A DNA stretch of 64,000 nt from Phycisphaerae bacterium (GTDB lineage Bacteria > Planctomycetota > Phycisphaerae > UBA1845): NCBI GenBank assembly GCA_963666835.2, contig CAXXGO010000006.1, forward strand, positions 1,248,001-1,312,000, written 5' to 3'. The notes under the pieces are model-generated. The model was not told the DNA's origin. It ran no database searches and saw only the letters and a program-made list of their open reading frames with translations. The position numbers and the translations under genes were made by a program. How positions within the stretch are numbered: position 1 is the stretch's first letter; the number at the start of each line of letters is the position of its first letter. Positions 41,601-51,234 of this stretch are shown piece by piece.

Positions 41601-43462
41601 TCCTGACGGCCACGAACTGCAAGGAAGATGATGACGATGGCTTCATCGTGATTAGTGACCGGGCCAACGAGGTCCGGCTCGCGGACGACTTCCGCCCGGC
41701 CGGCACGCAGATCGGCGAGCTTTGCTGGACTGCGGGTTACTACGGTGGAGGCGACGGTGTTGGTAACTTCGAGTGTGCCGATGCCCCGCCGCCGGACAAC
41801 TGGGTTGTGCGCTTCTATCAGGATGCTGCCGGTGTTCCCGGTGCTGAGGTTGGTACGCCTGGTGGTCAGACGCTGACGATTCTGGCGTCGAACCAGCACG
41901 GTGGCGGAAGCCGCCTCTGGGACTATGCCGCCAGTATTCCGACCGCGGTGTTCGTAACGCCGGGTGAGTGCTACTGGATGGAACTCACCGGTATGGGTGA
42001 AGGTCCGACAGGTTGCCACACGTACTGGTCGACTGCTCTCGAGGGCAACGACTACAGCATGCGGGACAATCTGGATTACGGTAACTACGGTCCGGAGGAC
42101 GTTGACAATCTGGACATGATCTTCTGTGTCGATACGGGTCTCTCGGGCACCAGCGACTGCGGTGATATTCTCGCGGCCTGCTGCACCTGCCCGGGTTGCA
42201 CGCCTGATCTGACTCAGGAAGAGTGCGTTGACGATCTGGAAGGTGTCTGGCGTTTGGGTAACACCTGTGCGACAGCCGCATGTCCGGACGTTGCCCCGTA
42301 CAACGAAGAGTGCGACGATGCCGAGACGGATACGGCGGCGGATACCTGGGTATGCCGCGGCGGTACCAACGACGGCAACCCGTGCGACATCGCCAACGTC
42401 CACGGCGACTGCCCGGATGACGGCGACGACATCGGGTACTGCGTTGCTTATCGCATTGTCGGGTTCGAGAACGTCTGTGCGGCTCGCGAGAATACCGCCA
42501 ATCCGCCGACCGAATGCGGAGGCACCGGTAATCTGCGTTACGACATCTGGTACCAGTACACCGCGCCGGGAACCGGTGAGTTCAAGGTGTCGATGTGCCC
42601 GTCGGATGTCTGTGATGGAGCGCTGTGGGATACCATGGTCGCCATCTATGATTCCGACACGTGCCCGATGGTAGCGGATGACGAGATGCTCTGCGGCGAC
42701 GACGAGTGCGACTCGGCCGGTCCGTCGGAGATCACGGTTTCCGTCACTTCCGGTCAGACGTACACGGTTCGGATCGGTGGTTGGTCAGCTCCGCTCACCT
42801 ACGGTAACCCGCGTGGTTGGGGTGAGGTTGAGTTCAGCTTCATCGATGGCGATGCCGCCTACGAGCCGCCGGTTGCGGCGCCTGCCCCCGAGAATGGCCC
42901 GAAGAACCGGTACATCTCGATCAGGTCGGCGAACGTCGGTAGCCCGGTTGCGCTGCAGGTGATCGTAGCGTCCAGCCAGTACTTCCCGGATTCGGTCGGC
43001 GAGACCAAGTATGTCGGTGCGCAGACGCCTAGCGGTTACTATCCGCTGATTGAGACTCCGCTGCTACAGGTCTGGCCGGAAGAGGATCTGCACATCTTCG
43101 ATTGCATGATCCACCCGGTCGCTACCTTCGAGGTGCGGGCCGGTGACGGAGCAGGTACTTGGTCCGATCCGCTGGTTATCGCTACGATTACCAAGCCTGG
43201 TGGGAAGAATCACGGCGACATCGTCGGGTCCTTCACTGGTACGTGGCAGCCGCCGGAAGGCAACATGAGTATGAACGACCTGATGGCCGCGCTGCAGGCG
43301 TTCGGTAATGCCGCGACGGCTCCGCCGAAGCACTGGGCGGACGTACATGATGACGGCCCGAACCAGTTGGTGAATATGTCGGACGTTCTGTTGTTGGTGA
43401 ACGCGTTCGGTGGTTCTGCGTATCCGTACAATCCGGGTACCGCGGCCGTACCGTGTAGCTGA
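38675..43462 (+). CDS. Very large secreted Cys/Asp-rich protein with GACC and C.GG.N.G..C repeats, PPC-like domain, X-module + dockerin-like tail
   Basis: SD GGAGGT and signal peptide; the C-terminal KNRYISI...GDIVG...ADV...NQLVNMSDV..LVNAFGG.AYP aligns by eye with the S8 tail. Confidence 0.88.
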   Translation: MKGKGYLKWRPVLAALAVGMIAYGLSLHGAPAGQEPSGDLGGNDVVVNVGGVPDAGSAMSRSETMMAAPREEFRVREAIMISAEPAGGASALARGTTPVGGACDCDAECVEPGADECLVAACINGVCAHRPQLVGNPCDLDGLYCTRDECMLSGEDVVCVAKSDGAGGALSPCAKTCVGGDNAGNWCYEAEDCPAGSCMPRSSGGATAVCNETEDWCELSTGMGRCCNGLTCSLATEASCTGGGGKWLRIGNPDDLGHCWCPEYGSGIAPRGDETDEVAEVIGTYKICTYTEDACYVDNDCRKVCDDGNYAICDDNDDCDAGISCIANPCVADVDQCQDGYLTIGDDYSLESGKAMRLNEFRFRGGAQDIGEAMLFMFFDANGLFVDSFSATMGLPGIHYYGYGIDCYPDCDINPDNGDSPENPPFVIPAEGFVVMRGYVDSTDHETTTSATWASTDAVDIGLNDAAEMWWDIGAGEVIGDFPDLATDILAFELVGQVIDSGIQPEGACCTVEGAVGVCNNTYMWECGICAEHPDAACSWYRDCPPGDYCTFKNWFGPTSHDDLVGGVTEDCATFTGCTVGACCAADGSCTPDTTPGDCDTAGGTFLGFATSCEPNCCPPPDTETGADAACDVWQCHDGTDWVDPYDMCGASDPDDPDCDTGAGETCMLRASGPTEYTINIPAFGAAPNTFTFMGDASGHDPYFTEVDGDDCNLGGEVDDGWYEAFVVVNNDADEFDCAIVTIDFCCTDPIQTPVYIVMKDCCPCPGGICWVTLDQNPDGTTKSGWGPDCDVEVDGVDHCCQDDNFTGQFMVPSGRYSWQIPSGMVCDDTTYDCQDDDDCQPGVPCVSTAGPYTGHVTVEECPRAACCLNLCVGGTNDGEYCEDDAGCPGGACNNVCEIRTKLTCEDHGGDFLSFDTGTVVTCAASPCATGACCTGAGTCEDGAAYDTEVECEAAGGVYHGYVQCDEHEPCDVCPFLTATNCKEDDDDGFIVISDRANEVRLADDFRPAGTQIGELCWTAGYYGGGDGVGNFECADAPPPDNWVVRFYQDAAGVPGAEVGTPGGQTLTILASNQHGGGSRLWDYAASIPTAVFVTPGECYWMELTGMGEGPTGCHTYWSTALEGNDYSMRDNLDYGNYGPEDVDNLDMIFCVDTGLSGTSDCGDILAACCTCPGCTPDLTQEECVDDLEGVWRLGNTCATAACPDVAPYNEECDDAETDTAADTWVCRGGTNDGNPCDIANVHGDCPDDGDDIGYCVAYRIVGFENVCAARENTANPPTECGGTGNLRYDIWYQYTAPGTGEFKVSMCPSDVCDGALWDTMVAIYDSDTCPMVADDEMLCGDDECDSAGPSEITVSVTSGQTYTVRIGGWSAPLTYGNPRGWGEVEFSFIDGDAAYEPPVAAPAPENGPKNRYISIRSANVGSPVALQVIVASSQYFPDSVGETKYVGAQTPSGYYPLIETPLLQVWPEEDLHIFDCMIHPVATFEVRAGDGAGTWSDPLVIATITKPGGKNHGDIVGSFTGTWQPPEGNMSMNDLMAALQAFGNAATAPPKHWADVHDDGPNQLVNMSDVLLLVNAFGGSAYPYNPGTAAVPCS

Positions 43463-43750
43463 TTAGGTTGATTGACTGAGACCCTTCGGGGTGGGTGGGC
43501 ATCGGCCCGCCCACCCCGCCGGGGTCATCGGAATTTGAAATAGAGGTGTGCGAGACCCGCTAGAAGGAAGAAAGGAGTTGTGGAGGAGGTGGGCCCGCCA
43601 AGCCCGCATAGGTGGTTGTTGGGTGTCATCTTGTCGGTGCGAGCGAGTTTCTTCCGGCCGCGCCCTGGGATGATGGAATGATTGGATTACAATTTTGTGG
43701 TACAGGTAGGTTTGGGGAACGGTTTCCCTATTTCTTTGGAGGTATGGAAA

Positions 43751-46396
43751 ATGAAAGCAGGTAGGTTGTGTTGTGTTTTGGTTGTTGGGCTGCTTGCGGT
43801 AAGCGCCTACGGCCAGGAGCTCAGGTGGCAGCCGGTCTCGTCGTCGGGGACATTCTCGGTCGACGACAACATGGGCACGCCGGGTACGCCGTCTGAGATC
43901 TTGATTCCGGCCGGTGGCGTCACCGTCACGCTCGAGTTGAAGGTTAGCGGTTGGGGTGAGGCTCCCGGGGCGCCGCTGCTGGGTGCCTATCAGGGTACGT
44001 TGGATAGCGCGGCTTCGTACAGCAACGGCGTTGGCGCGGACATTGGTCCGCTCAACCCGCTGACCGAAGACGGCTTGTTCATTGACACCGCCCGGGCGGA
44101 CTTCGTGTACTTCGGCCGCACGCCGTTGGCCGCGGTGTTTGTCGGCACGTTGGACTACGAGATGGGTTCGACCTGCATGGGTGGTTTCCCGCCCGACCCG
44201 GGTATTATCCAGTACGGTGCTACGCTGATTCTGGACATCCCGGCTGCCGCGAAGGGCACGTACGAGATCACGTTGAACCCGGACTCGTCGAAGACGTTCT
44301 TGAACAACGATATCGCCGAGTTGATTCCGGGTCTGGTTCGCACGACCGGTCTCGTGACGATCGTCACGGGCCAGTGCTGCTATGACCTCGGACCGGCTGT
44401 CCAGTGTGCTGATGGCATCACGGAAGCTGAGTGCGATGCTCTTACCAGTCCGGGTAAGGCGTATCTCTTCTACGGCGGCGATAATTGCTCGACGCGCGTG
44501 TGCCCGAGCTGTCAGACGAACGCCGACTGCAATGACAATGACGATTGCACGGATGACACGTGCAACACTGCGACGTATCTTTGCACGAACGCGCCGATCT
44601 ACAACGTGCTGACCGAGTGCTGCGATCCGGATGGCGCTGGCATCACGTTGATCGACGACGGCCTCATCTGCACCGAGGATGTCTGCGATCCGGATACCGG
44701 TGACGTTGCCCACAACCCGTTGGCGGCCGGCACGACTTGCGATGACGGCAATCCGTGCTCGATCGACGACGAGTGTGACGGTACGGGCGATGCTGGTGCA
44801 TGTGCGGGTACCTTCCCGGGCGATGCGATGATCGCTTGCACCGTGCTGGCTGATTGCCCGACCGGTTGGTTCTGCGAGAATGAGGATATGTCCTCGCCGA
44901 TGTACGGCTTCTGCGATTGCAGTCTGCAGACCCCGCTGTGCATCGAGTTCGACGGTGTCTGCTACGAAGAGGGTGATCCGGTCATCGCGACCGTCGCCAT
45001 TGGTGCAGGTTCCGCGATCGTAACGAGTGGTCAGTTCCTGATGACGTATGATCCGACCTGTCTCGAGTTCGTAGACATCGGACCGTGCGAAGGTGACGAT
45101 CAGTTCCTGCTGGAGGTTGACTCCTGGGTCGACGAAGTTGCCGGTAAGATCTGGTACGCCGTTCTGGCGGCTGACGATGCGATGACCCCGAACGAGGGCA
45201 CGGTCGGTCCGTACGACATGGCCTGCATCGAGTTCACCAAGTTGGGCGAGTGCGACCCGTGTGGCATGTGCTTCATCAGCGAGAACCCGTACAACACCCT
45301 GCTGGGTGACTATCACGGTGCGAATGTTCCGCTGGATAACTGTGGCTGCAGCGACGAGATCGTTCTCGACGGCGAAGTCACGATCGTCTGCCCCGAGGGT
45401 GCCGACGTGAATGTGGACTGCGGCGTTGTCGATGCCGAGGTTCTGTGGGATCCGCCTTACGCCGAGGACGAGTGCCTGGGCGCTTTGGACGTTGTCTGCA
45501 TTGCCGAGCACGATGGTGGCCTGCCGATTTCGCAGGACATGATCATGAACGGTGGCAACTTCCCGCAGGGTAAGACGTACTTCCACTGCATCGCGGAGAA
45601 TGAGTGCGAGAGCACTGCCGAGTGTGTCTGGACCGTCAATGTTTCGGACAAGCAGACCCTGGACGTTGAGGTTGACCTCTCGCCGGCGGTCGTTCCGGGC
45701 GCTCTGACGCGTTGCATCATGTTCGACCTGATCTACAACTGCGCCGCCCCGCAGACGGTTTGCGCGGAAGTCACGTTCGGTCCGCCGTACAACTTCCCGA
45801 ACCACGGTGTGGCGACGCTGGATGTGGATAAGGGCAACTTCGAGTGCATCGAGGCGCGTGATCCGCTCCATACGCTGCGTTCGTTCAGCGACATCGAGTG
45901 CGACGAGGTTACGGGCAATTGGAAGGTCGTCTTCAAGGGCGATCCGCTAATTGGCGGCAACTGGTTGGTCCCGGGTAACCTGGACTTCTATCAGGTTGGC
46001 GACAATGGCCCGAACCACGTTGACGTTCTGGACTTCGGTGTCTACATGTGGCAGATCGGTGCGGATTACGGCACCGGTAACACCGAGTGTGGCGAAGACT
46101 GTGCGTACGGTTCGTTCCCGAATGCCGACCTGAACGGTGACGGCATCGTGGACGTGGACGACTTCGATCTCATCGACGCCAACTTCATGGCTGAGAGCAA
46201 GCTCGGGTGCTGCGGTTACGCGACCGCCGGCGCTTCGGAGCCGGTGCTCGACATCAGCGTGAAGGAACTCATCCGCGACGGTCGCGGTGAGCTGGCCGCT
46301 GGTGATATCAACAACGACGGACGTCTGAACCTCGAGGACATGGCTCTGTACGCACAGGGTGCTGTCCAGATCCAGAAGGGGAAGCGCGTTCGCTAG
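43751..46396 (+). CDS. Secreted scaffoldin-like protein: cohesin-like N-domain, Cys repeats, second cohesin-like domain, HYR-like domain, dockerin/EF-hand tail
   Basis: SD GGAGGT; 'GQFLMTYDPTCLEFV' cohesin-like motif; ADLNGDGIVDVDDF and GDINNDGRLNLEDM loops. Confidence 0.85.
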   Translation: MKAGRLCCVLVVGLLAVSAYGQELRWQPVSSSGTFSVDDNMGTPGTPSEILIPAGGVTVTLELKVSGWGEAPGAPLLGAYQGTLDSAASYSNGVGADIGPLNPLTEDGLFIDTARADFVYFGRTPLAAVFVGTLDYEMGSTCMGGFPPDPGIIQYGATLILDIPAAAKGTYEITLNPDSSKTFLNNDIAELIPGLVRTTGLVTIVTGQCCYDLGPAVQCADGITEAECDALTSPGKAYLFYGGDNCSTRVCPSCQTNADCNDNDDCTDDTCNTATYLCTNAPIYNVLTECCDPDGAGITLIDDGLICTEDVCDPDTGDVAHNPLAAGTTCDDGNPCSIDDECDGTGDAGACAGTFPGDAMIACTVLADCPTGWFCENEDMSSPMYGFCDCSLQTPLCIEFDGVCYEEGDPVIATVAIGAGSAIVTSGQFLMTYDPTCLEFVDIGPCEGDDQFLLEVDSWVDEVAGKIWYAVLAADDAMTPNEGTVGPYDMACIEFTKLGECDPCGMCFISENPYNTLLGDYHGANVPLDNCGCSDEIVLDGEVTIVCPEGADVNVDCGVVDAEVLWDPPYAEDECLGALDVVCIAEHDGGLPISQDMIMNGGNFPQGKTYFHCIAENECESTAECVWTVNVSDKQTLDVEVDLSPAVVPGALTRCIMFDLIYNCAAPQTVCAEVTFGPPYNFPNHGVATLDVDKGNFECIEARDPLHTLRSFSDIECDEVTGNWKVVFKGDPLIGGNWLVPGNLDFYQVGDNGPNHVDVLDFGVYMWQIGADYGTGNTECGEDCAYGSFPNADLNGDGIVDVDDFDLIDANFMAESKLGCCGYATAGASEPVLDISVKELIRDGRGELAAGDINNDGRLNLEDMALYAQGAVQIQKGKRVR

Positions 46397-46449
46397 TTGA
46401 ACGTAAGTCGGACTAGGAAGGGTTTCGGCTCTTTCTAGGCTCGAACCTT

Positions 46450-46498
46450 GAGGAGGCAGCGTGTGGCGGCAACGTCATACGCTGCCTTCCTCTTTTTT
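46450..46498 (+). terminator. Rho-independent terminator
   Basis: gaggaggcagcgt...acgctgccttcctc followed by a T-run. Confidence 0.8.
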
Positions 46499-46520
46499 AC
46501 CGACCGAGAAAGAAGCTCAC

Positions 46521-47362
46521 GGCAGGTCTCGTTCCTCGACCGTGCCCTACGGAGGACGACCGAACTCGCGGGTGGCATGGGTCAACTTGTTGACCCGTGG
46601 GGATTCTGGCGCGTGCCGCCGTCTTCGTAGCGCAGGCTTCCAGCCTGCAGCAGTCGATGGCAGGTCTCGTACCTCGACCGTGCCCTACGGGGTGGCGTAG
46701 CGGTTGTAGGGCAGGTCGAGGTACGAGACCTGCCACGAAGGCGGACACGTTGGCCGGGTGGCTCACCTCTTTGGAGGTGGGGGACTCGAATCGCGACGCG
46801 AGTCTCGTGGGACGCGCGTTATTGCGGCAGGTCTCGTTCCTCGACCATGCCCTACGGGGTGGCGTAGCGGTTGTAGGGCAGGTCGAGGTACGAGACCTGC
46901 CACGAAGGCGAACACGTTGGCCGGGTGGCCCACCTCTTTGGAGGTGGGGGACTCGAATCGCGACGCGAGTCTCGTGGGGCGCGCGTTATTGCGGCAGGTC
47001 TCGTTCCTCGACCGTGCCCTACGAAGGGCGTAGCGCAGGCTTGCAGCAGTCGATGGCAGGTCTCGTTCCTCGACCGTGCCCTACGGGGTGGCGTAGCGGT
47101 TGTAGGGCAGGTCGAGGTACGAGACCTGCCACGAAGGCGAACACGTTGGCCGGGTGGCCCACCTCTTTGGAGGTGGAGGACTCGAATCGCGACGCGAGTC
47201 TCGTGGGGCGCGGGTGTTTGCGGCAGGTCTCGTTCCTCGACCATGCCCTACGAAGGGCGTAGCGCAGGCTTGCAGCAGTCGATGGCAGGTCTCGTTCCTC
47301 GACCATGCCCTACGGGGTGGCGTAGCGGTTGTAGGGCAGGTCGAGGTACGAGACCTGCCACG
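46521..47362. repeat. REP array (left flank of RAYT)
   Basis: Eleven GTAG REP copies in both orientations, with repeated linkers. Confidence 0.95.
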
Positions 47363-47421
47363 AAGGCGGACGCATGGACGTTGTTCTTGTGCGTCCATTG
47401 TGGGAGAGGTACGATCGCCCC

Positions 47422-47967
47422 ATGCCCAGCTATGTACGTTGGCGAGAGGTGGGCGCGACGTACTTCTTTACCGTGGTTACGTATAAGCGCCGTCACATCT
47501 TCTCGGATGAGGGTGCCCGGCGGATCCTGCGAGAGGCATTTGCGTTCGTGGGTCGCCGATTGCCTTTTGAGATGCCGGCTTGCGTTCTTCTTCCTGACCA
47601 TCTGCATTGTGTTTGGGTTCTTGCTGATGGTGACGACGACTTCCCGCGCCGATGGCGGCAGATCAAAGAGCGGTTCACGCGAGGCTTCGTGGAAACGGGT
47701 GGGGTGGCGTTGGGGGTAACCGATCAACAACGCGCGCAAGGGCGCGTGGGAATCTGGCAGCCCCGATATTATGAGCATCGTATCCGCGGTGAACGCGACT
47801 ACCTGCAGCATCGTGATTACATACACCTCAATCCGGTGAAGCATGGGTATGTGAACGCTCCGGAAGATTGGCAGTGGTCGAGCTTCCATCGGCACGTAGC
47901 GCTCGGGTGGCTCGATCCCCATTGGCCAGGGTCGTCCGCGGTTGCGCTTCCGGATGTGCGTGAGTAG
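47422..47967 (+). mobile_element. rayT: REP-associated tyrosine transposase (RAYT/TnpA-REP, HUH Y1 family)
   Basis: YFFTVVT, VLLPDHLH, IWQPRYYEHRIR, DYIHLNPVKHG, WQWSSF; REP arrays on both sides. Confidence 0.95.
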
Positions 47968-48005
47968 TGAGGTTGCGGCAGTTTTCGTGGGCTGCGGGTG
48001 TTTGC

Positions 48006-48335
48006 GGCAGGTCTCGTTCCTCGACCGTGCCCTACGGGGGGATCGTGTCGTGCGGAGCGTTCGTGGAAGGTCATGTGCGTCGGGGTGGTTTGTGGCAGGT
48101 CTCGTACCTCGACCGTGCCCTACGAAGGGCGTAGCGCAGGCTTGCAGCAGTCGGTGGCAGGTCTCGTACCTCGACCGTGCCCTGCGGGGGGATCGTGTCG
48201 TGCGGAGCGTTCGTGGAAGGTCATGTGCGTCGGGGTGGTTTGCGGCAGGTCTCGTACCTCGACCGTGCCCTACGAAGGGCGTAGCGCAGGCTTGCAGCAG
48301 TCGGTGGCAGGTCTCGTTCCTCGACCGTGCCCTAC
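48006..48335. repeat. REP array (right flank of RAYT), 150-bp tandem unit
   Basis: Five GTAG REPs, all in reverse orientation; units start at 48006, 48156 and 48306. Confidence 0.95.
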
Positions 48336-48376
48336 GGGGCGAAGGTCGATTGCGGCGAACGGGGTTGGAGGAGTCG

Positions 48377-48405
48377 TTGACGTGCGGGGTGTAGGCCGGT
48401 ACACT
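48377..48405 (+). promoter_or_regulatory. Sigma70-like promoter of purF
   Basis: TTGACG-N17-TACACT. Confidence 0.6.
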
Positions 48406-48462
48406 CCCGCCTTGGACACCGGCGCGGACAGTCAACCACGTACAGGATGTTTGAAGCCATCC

Positions 48463-49887
48463 GTGCACACGCCTTCTGTCAGACATTATTGCGGACTGTT
48501 CGGCATCTACGGTCATGACGATGCCGTCCCGCTGACCCACCTTGGGCTCTACGCGCAGCAACACCGCGGGCAGGAATCGGCCGGGATCGTATCGACGAAC
48601 GGCGACGTCCTCCGGCGGTGCGCCGGGCTGGGTTTGGTCAACCAAGTATTCAATAAGCGCAACCTTGCCGAAATACGGGGCCGGGTGGCGATCGGGCATA
48701 CCAGGTACTCGACGACGGGCTCTTCCACGGCGGCCAACAGCCAGCCGCTGCTGTTCTCGTTTGCGGGTGGGCAGGTTGCGATTGCCCACAACGGGAACCT
48801 GATCAACGCGGCTCTGTTGCGGCGCAACTACGAGGCGGTCGGCCACATCTACCAGACGACGAGTGACACGGAGGTGATCATTCACCTTCTGGCCAAGCCG
48901 GCCCACCAGGCGAAGGGTCGCCCGCTGGATCACGTGTTGAATCACCTGCAGGGCGCGTATGCAGTTCTGTTGCTGTTTCCGGACCGGATGGTGGCAGCAC
49001 GCGATCCGCTGGGGTTCAAGCCGCTGTGTCTGGGCAGAATGGACAACGGGGCGACCGTGATCGCGTCGGAGACTAAGGCGTTCGACATGATCGACGCCAG
49101 TTACGTACGCGATGTGGAGCCGGGTGAGGTTGTGACGGTTAGCGATGAAGGCGTGCAAAGTCGGCGCTTCGGCACAGTCGGTGACGATCGCGGTGCGGCC
49201 TGTATCTTCGAGCAGATTTACTTTGCCGACCCGTCCAGTCTGATCTTCGGCGAGAACGTCCACATGGTGCGGCAGGCGATGGGCCGGTGTTTGGCGCGGG
49301 AAGCGCCCGTTGAGGCGGATTTGGTCGTTCCGATCCCCACGTGCGCTCAATGTGCGGCTACCGGATACGCCGACGAGAGCGGGATTCCGTACGGGCGGGC
49401 GTTTACCACCAGCCACTATGCCGGGCGTTCGTTCATCATGCCGACGCAGTCCGGGCGGGACATGGCCGTGAAGATGAAGCTGACCGTGATCAAAGAGGCG
49501 GTGGCCGGCAAACGGTTGGTCGTAGTGGAGGATTCGGTCGTGCGGGGCACGACGACACGGGGGAAGATCGGGGCACTGCGTCGGGCGGGTGCGAAGGAGA
49601 TTCACCTTCGGGTGGCGAGTCCTCCGATCCGGCACCCGTGCTATTTCGGGATAGACTTTCCGAGCCAGACGGAGCTGGTGGCGCACGAGCGATCGGTGAA
49701 GCAGATCGGTGAGTACGTGGGCGTCGACTCGCTTTCGTATATTTCGCACGAGGGGATGCTCTCGTGCGTGAAAATGAAACCGGAGAAGTATTGCACGGCG
49801 TGTTTCTCCGGGAAGTACCCGATGGACGTAGAGGAGCCGGTCGAGAAGTTCGCGATGGAGCGGAACCAGTTGCGTATCTTCACGTAG
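48463..49887 (+). CDS. purF: Amidophosphoribosyltransferase
   Basis: CGLFG, QHRGQESAG, GHTRYST, HNGNL, EDSVVRGTT, CTACF; exact start uncertain. Confidence 0.96.
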   Translation: MHTPSVRHYCGLFGIYGHDDAVPLTHLGLYAQQHRGQESAGIVSTNGDVLRRCAGLGLVNQVFNKRNLAEIRGRVAIGHTRYSTTGSSTAANSQPLLFSFAGGQVAIAHNGNLINAALLRRNYEAVGHIYQTTSDTEVIIHLLAKPAHQAKGRPLDHVLNHLQGAYAVLLLFPDRMVAARDPLGFKPLCLGRMDNGATVIASETKAFDMIDASYVRDVEPGEVVTVSDEGVQSRRFGTVGDDRGAACIFEQIYFADPSSLIFGENVHMVRQAMGRCLAREAPVEADLVVPIPTCAQCAATGYADESGIPYGRAFTTSHYAGRSFIMPTQSGRDMAVKMKLTVIKEAVAGKRLVVVEDSVVRGTTTRGKIGALRRAGAKEIHLRVASPPIRHPCYFGIDFPSQTELVAHERSVKQIGEYVGVDSLSYISHEGMLSCVKMKPEKYCTACFSGKYPMDVEEPVEKFAMERNQLRIFT

Positions 49888-50044
49888 GCGGGTTGCGAAA
49901 ACGGTTTCCCCGGGGCTTTTGTGACAGACCTGCGTCACTGCCGGGGGGCGGCTCGGGGCGACATTGCGACTTATGCGGGGGTTGCTCGAGCGGGCGGCAG
50001 TGACGGGCCGCGGCACGTGATTCGACAGGGAGAGTTCGGCGGAA

Positions 50045-51124
50045 GTGGCGATTACATACCGGCAGAGCGGAGTTGATATTGAAGCCAACGCTCGTTGGGT
50101 AGGGGCGATTCAGGCGGCGATGCGGAGTACGTACGGTCCGCGCGTGCCAAAGATGCGTCACGGTGGTTTCGCCGGGTTGTTTCGCCTGGATTATGACGAG
50201 CAGCTCTTTCGGCGGAACTATCGCCGGCCGGTGCTGGTGGGTTGCGCGGACGGGGTCGGGACGAAGGTACTGATCGCGATCGCACTGAAGCGTCTCTCGA
50301 CGATCGGGATCGATCTGGTCGCGATGAACGTGAACGACCTGATCACTTGCGGGGCGGAGCCGCTGTTCTTTTTGGATTATCTGGCGGTCAACAAGCTGGA
50401 CCCGGCGGGGCTGCAGGAGGTCATCGAGGGCGTGGCCGCCGGCTGCCGGGAGGCGGGTTGTGCGCTGCTGGGCGGGGAGACGGCGGAGATGCCCGATTTG
50501 TACCGCCGGGGCGAGTTCGATCTGGCCGGGTTCTCGGTGGGGGTGGTGGAGTACGGCCGGGTGATTGATGGGACCCGCGTGGCTCCTGGTGACGTCGTAT
50601 TGGCACTGCCGTCCAGCGGAGTTCACTCCAACGGTTATTCGCTGGTTCGCAAGCTCATCTTTGCCGGGCGCTGCCGGCTGGACCGCACCTACGATGATCT
50701 GGGCGAGACCCTCGGCGAGGCGCTGCTTCGTCCGACGCGGATCTATGTGAACGCGGTGCAGGCGGTTTTGCACGCGTACCCGATCAAGCGGGTAATCACC
50801 GGCATGGCGCACATAACCGGGGGCGGGCTAACGGAGAATGTCGCCCGGGCGTTGCCGGTGAACTGTGATGCCGTGCTGCGAAGCTCGGCGTGGCGTCCGC
50901 CGCCGATATTCGACTTCCTGCGCCGGCTCGGTACCAGTCGAGCCGAGATGTTCAAGGTGTTCAATATGGGGGTGGGTTACGTGTTTTTTGTCCGGCCTCG
51001 ATACGTTGCCGGGGTCCTCCGGGCTTTGCGGGAATCTGGGGAGCGCCCGTTTGAGCTCGGTTGCGTGCGGCGGGGTACGCAGCGTGTCCGGTTTGAGCGG
51101 CGCAAGAGGGGTGACGTCCGATAA
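50045..51124 (+). CDS. purM: Phosphoribosylformylglycinamidine cyclo-ligase (AIR synthetase)
   Basis: Y..SGVD, DGVGTK, GIDLVAMNVND, GGETAEMP, SSGVHSNGYSL, AHITGGG, FNMGVG. Confidence 0.97.
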   Translation: MAITYRQSGVDIEANARWVGAIQAAMRSTYGPRVPKMRHGGFAGLFRLDYDEQLFRRNYRRPVLVGCADGVGTKVLIAIALKRLSTIGIDLVAMNVNDLITCGAEPLFFLDYLAVNKLDPAGLQEVIEGVAAGCREAGCALLGGETAEMPDLYRRGEFDLAGFSVGVVEYGRVIDGTRVAPGDVVLALPSSGVHSNGYSLVRKLIFAGRCRLDRTYDDLGETLGEALLRPTRIYVNAVQAVLHAYPIKRVITGMAHITGGGLTENVARALPVNCDAVLRSSAWRPPPIFDFLRRLGTSRAEMFKVFNMGVGYVFFVRPRYVAGVLRALRESGERPFELGCVRRGTQRVRFERRKRGDVR

Positions 51125-51234
51125 CCTTGGCGGCTTTCGGGGCGGTAGTCGTGGGCGGGGTGCGAATAACCGGCGGGTTGGGGCGAATATCCCATCACAG
51201 ACGTTACTCAACCGGGTGGTGGTGAGGCCGAGAC

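Noticed and set aside
38657..45871. Very long antisense ORFs (1248 aa and 802 aa)
   Set aside because: Shadows of the codon-biased + strand genes, with no motifs of their own.
47248..50088. 946-aa minus-strand ORF, and the purF N-terminal extension from 47998
   Set aside because: Antisense shadow of purF/RAYT or read-through of REP repeats; a promoter at 48377-48405 supports the later purF start.
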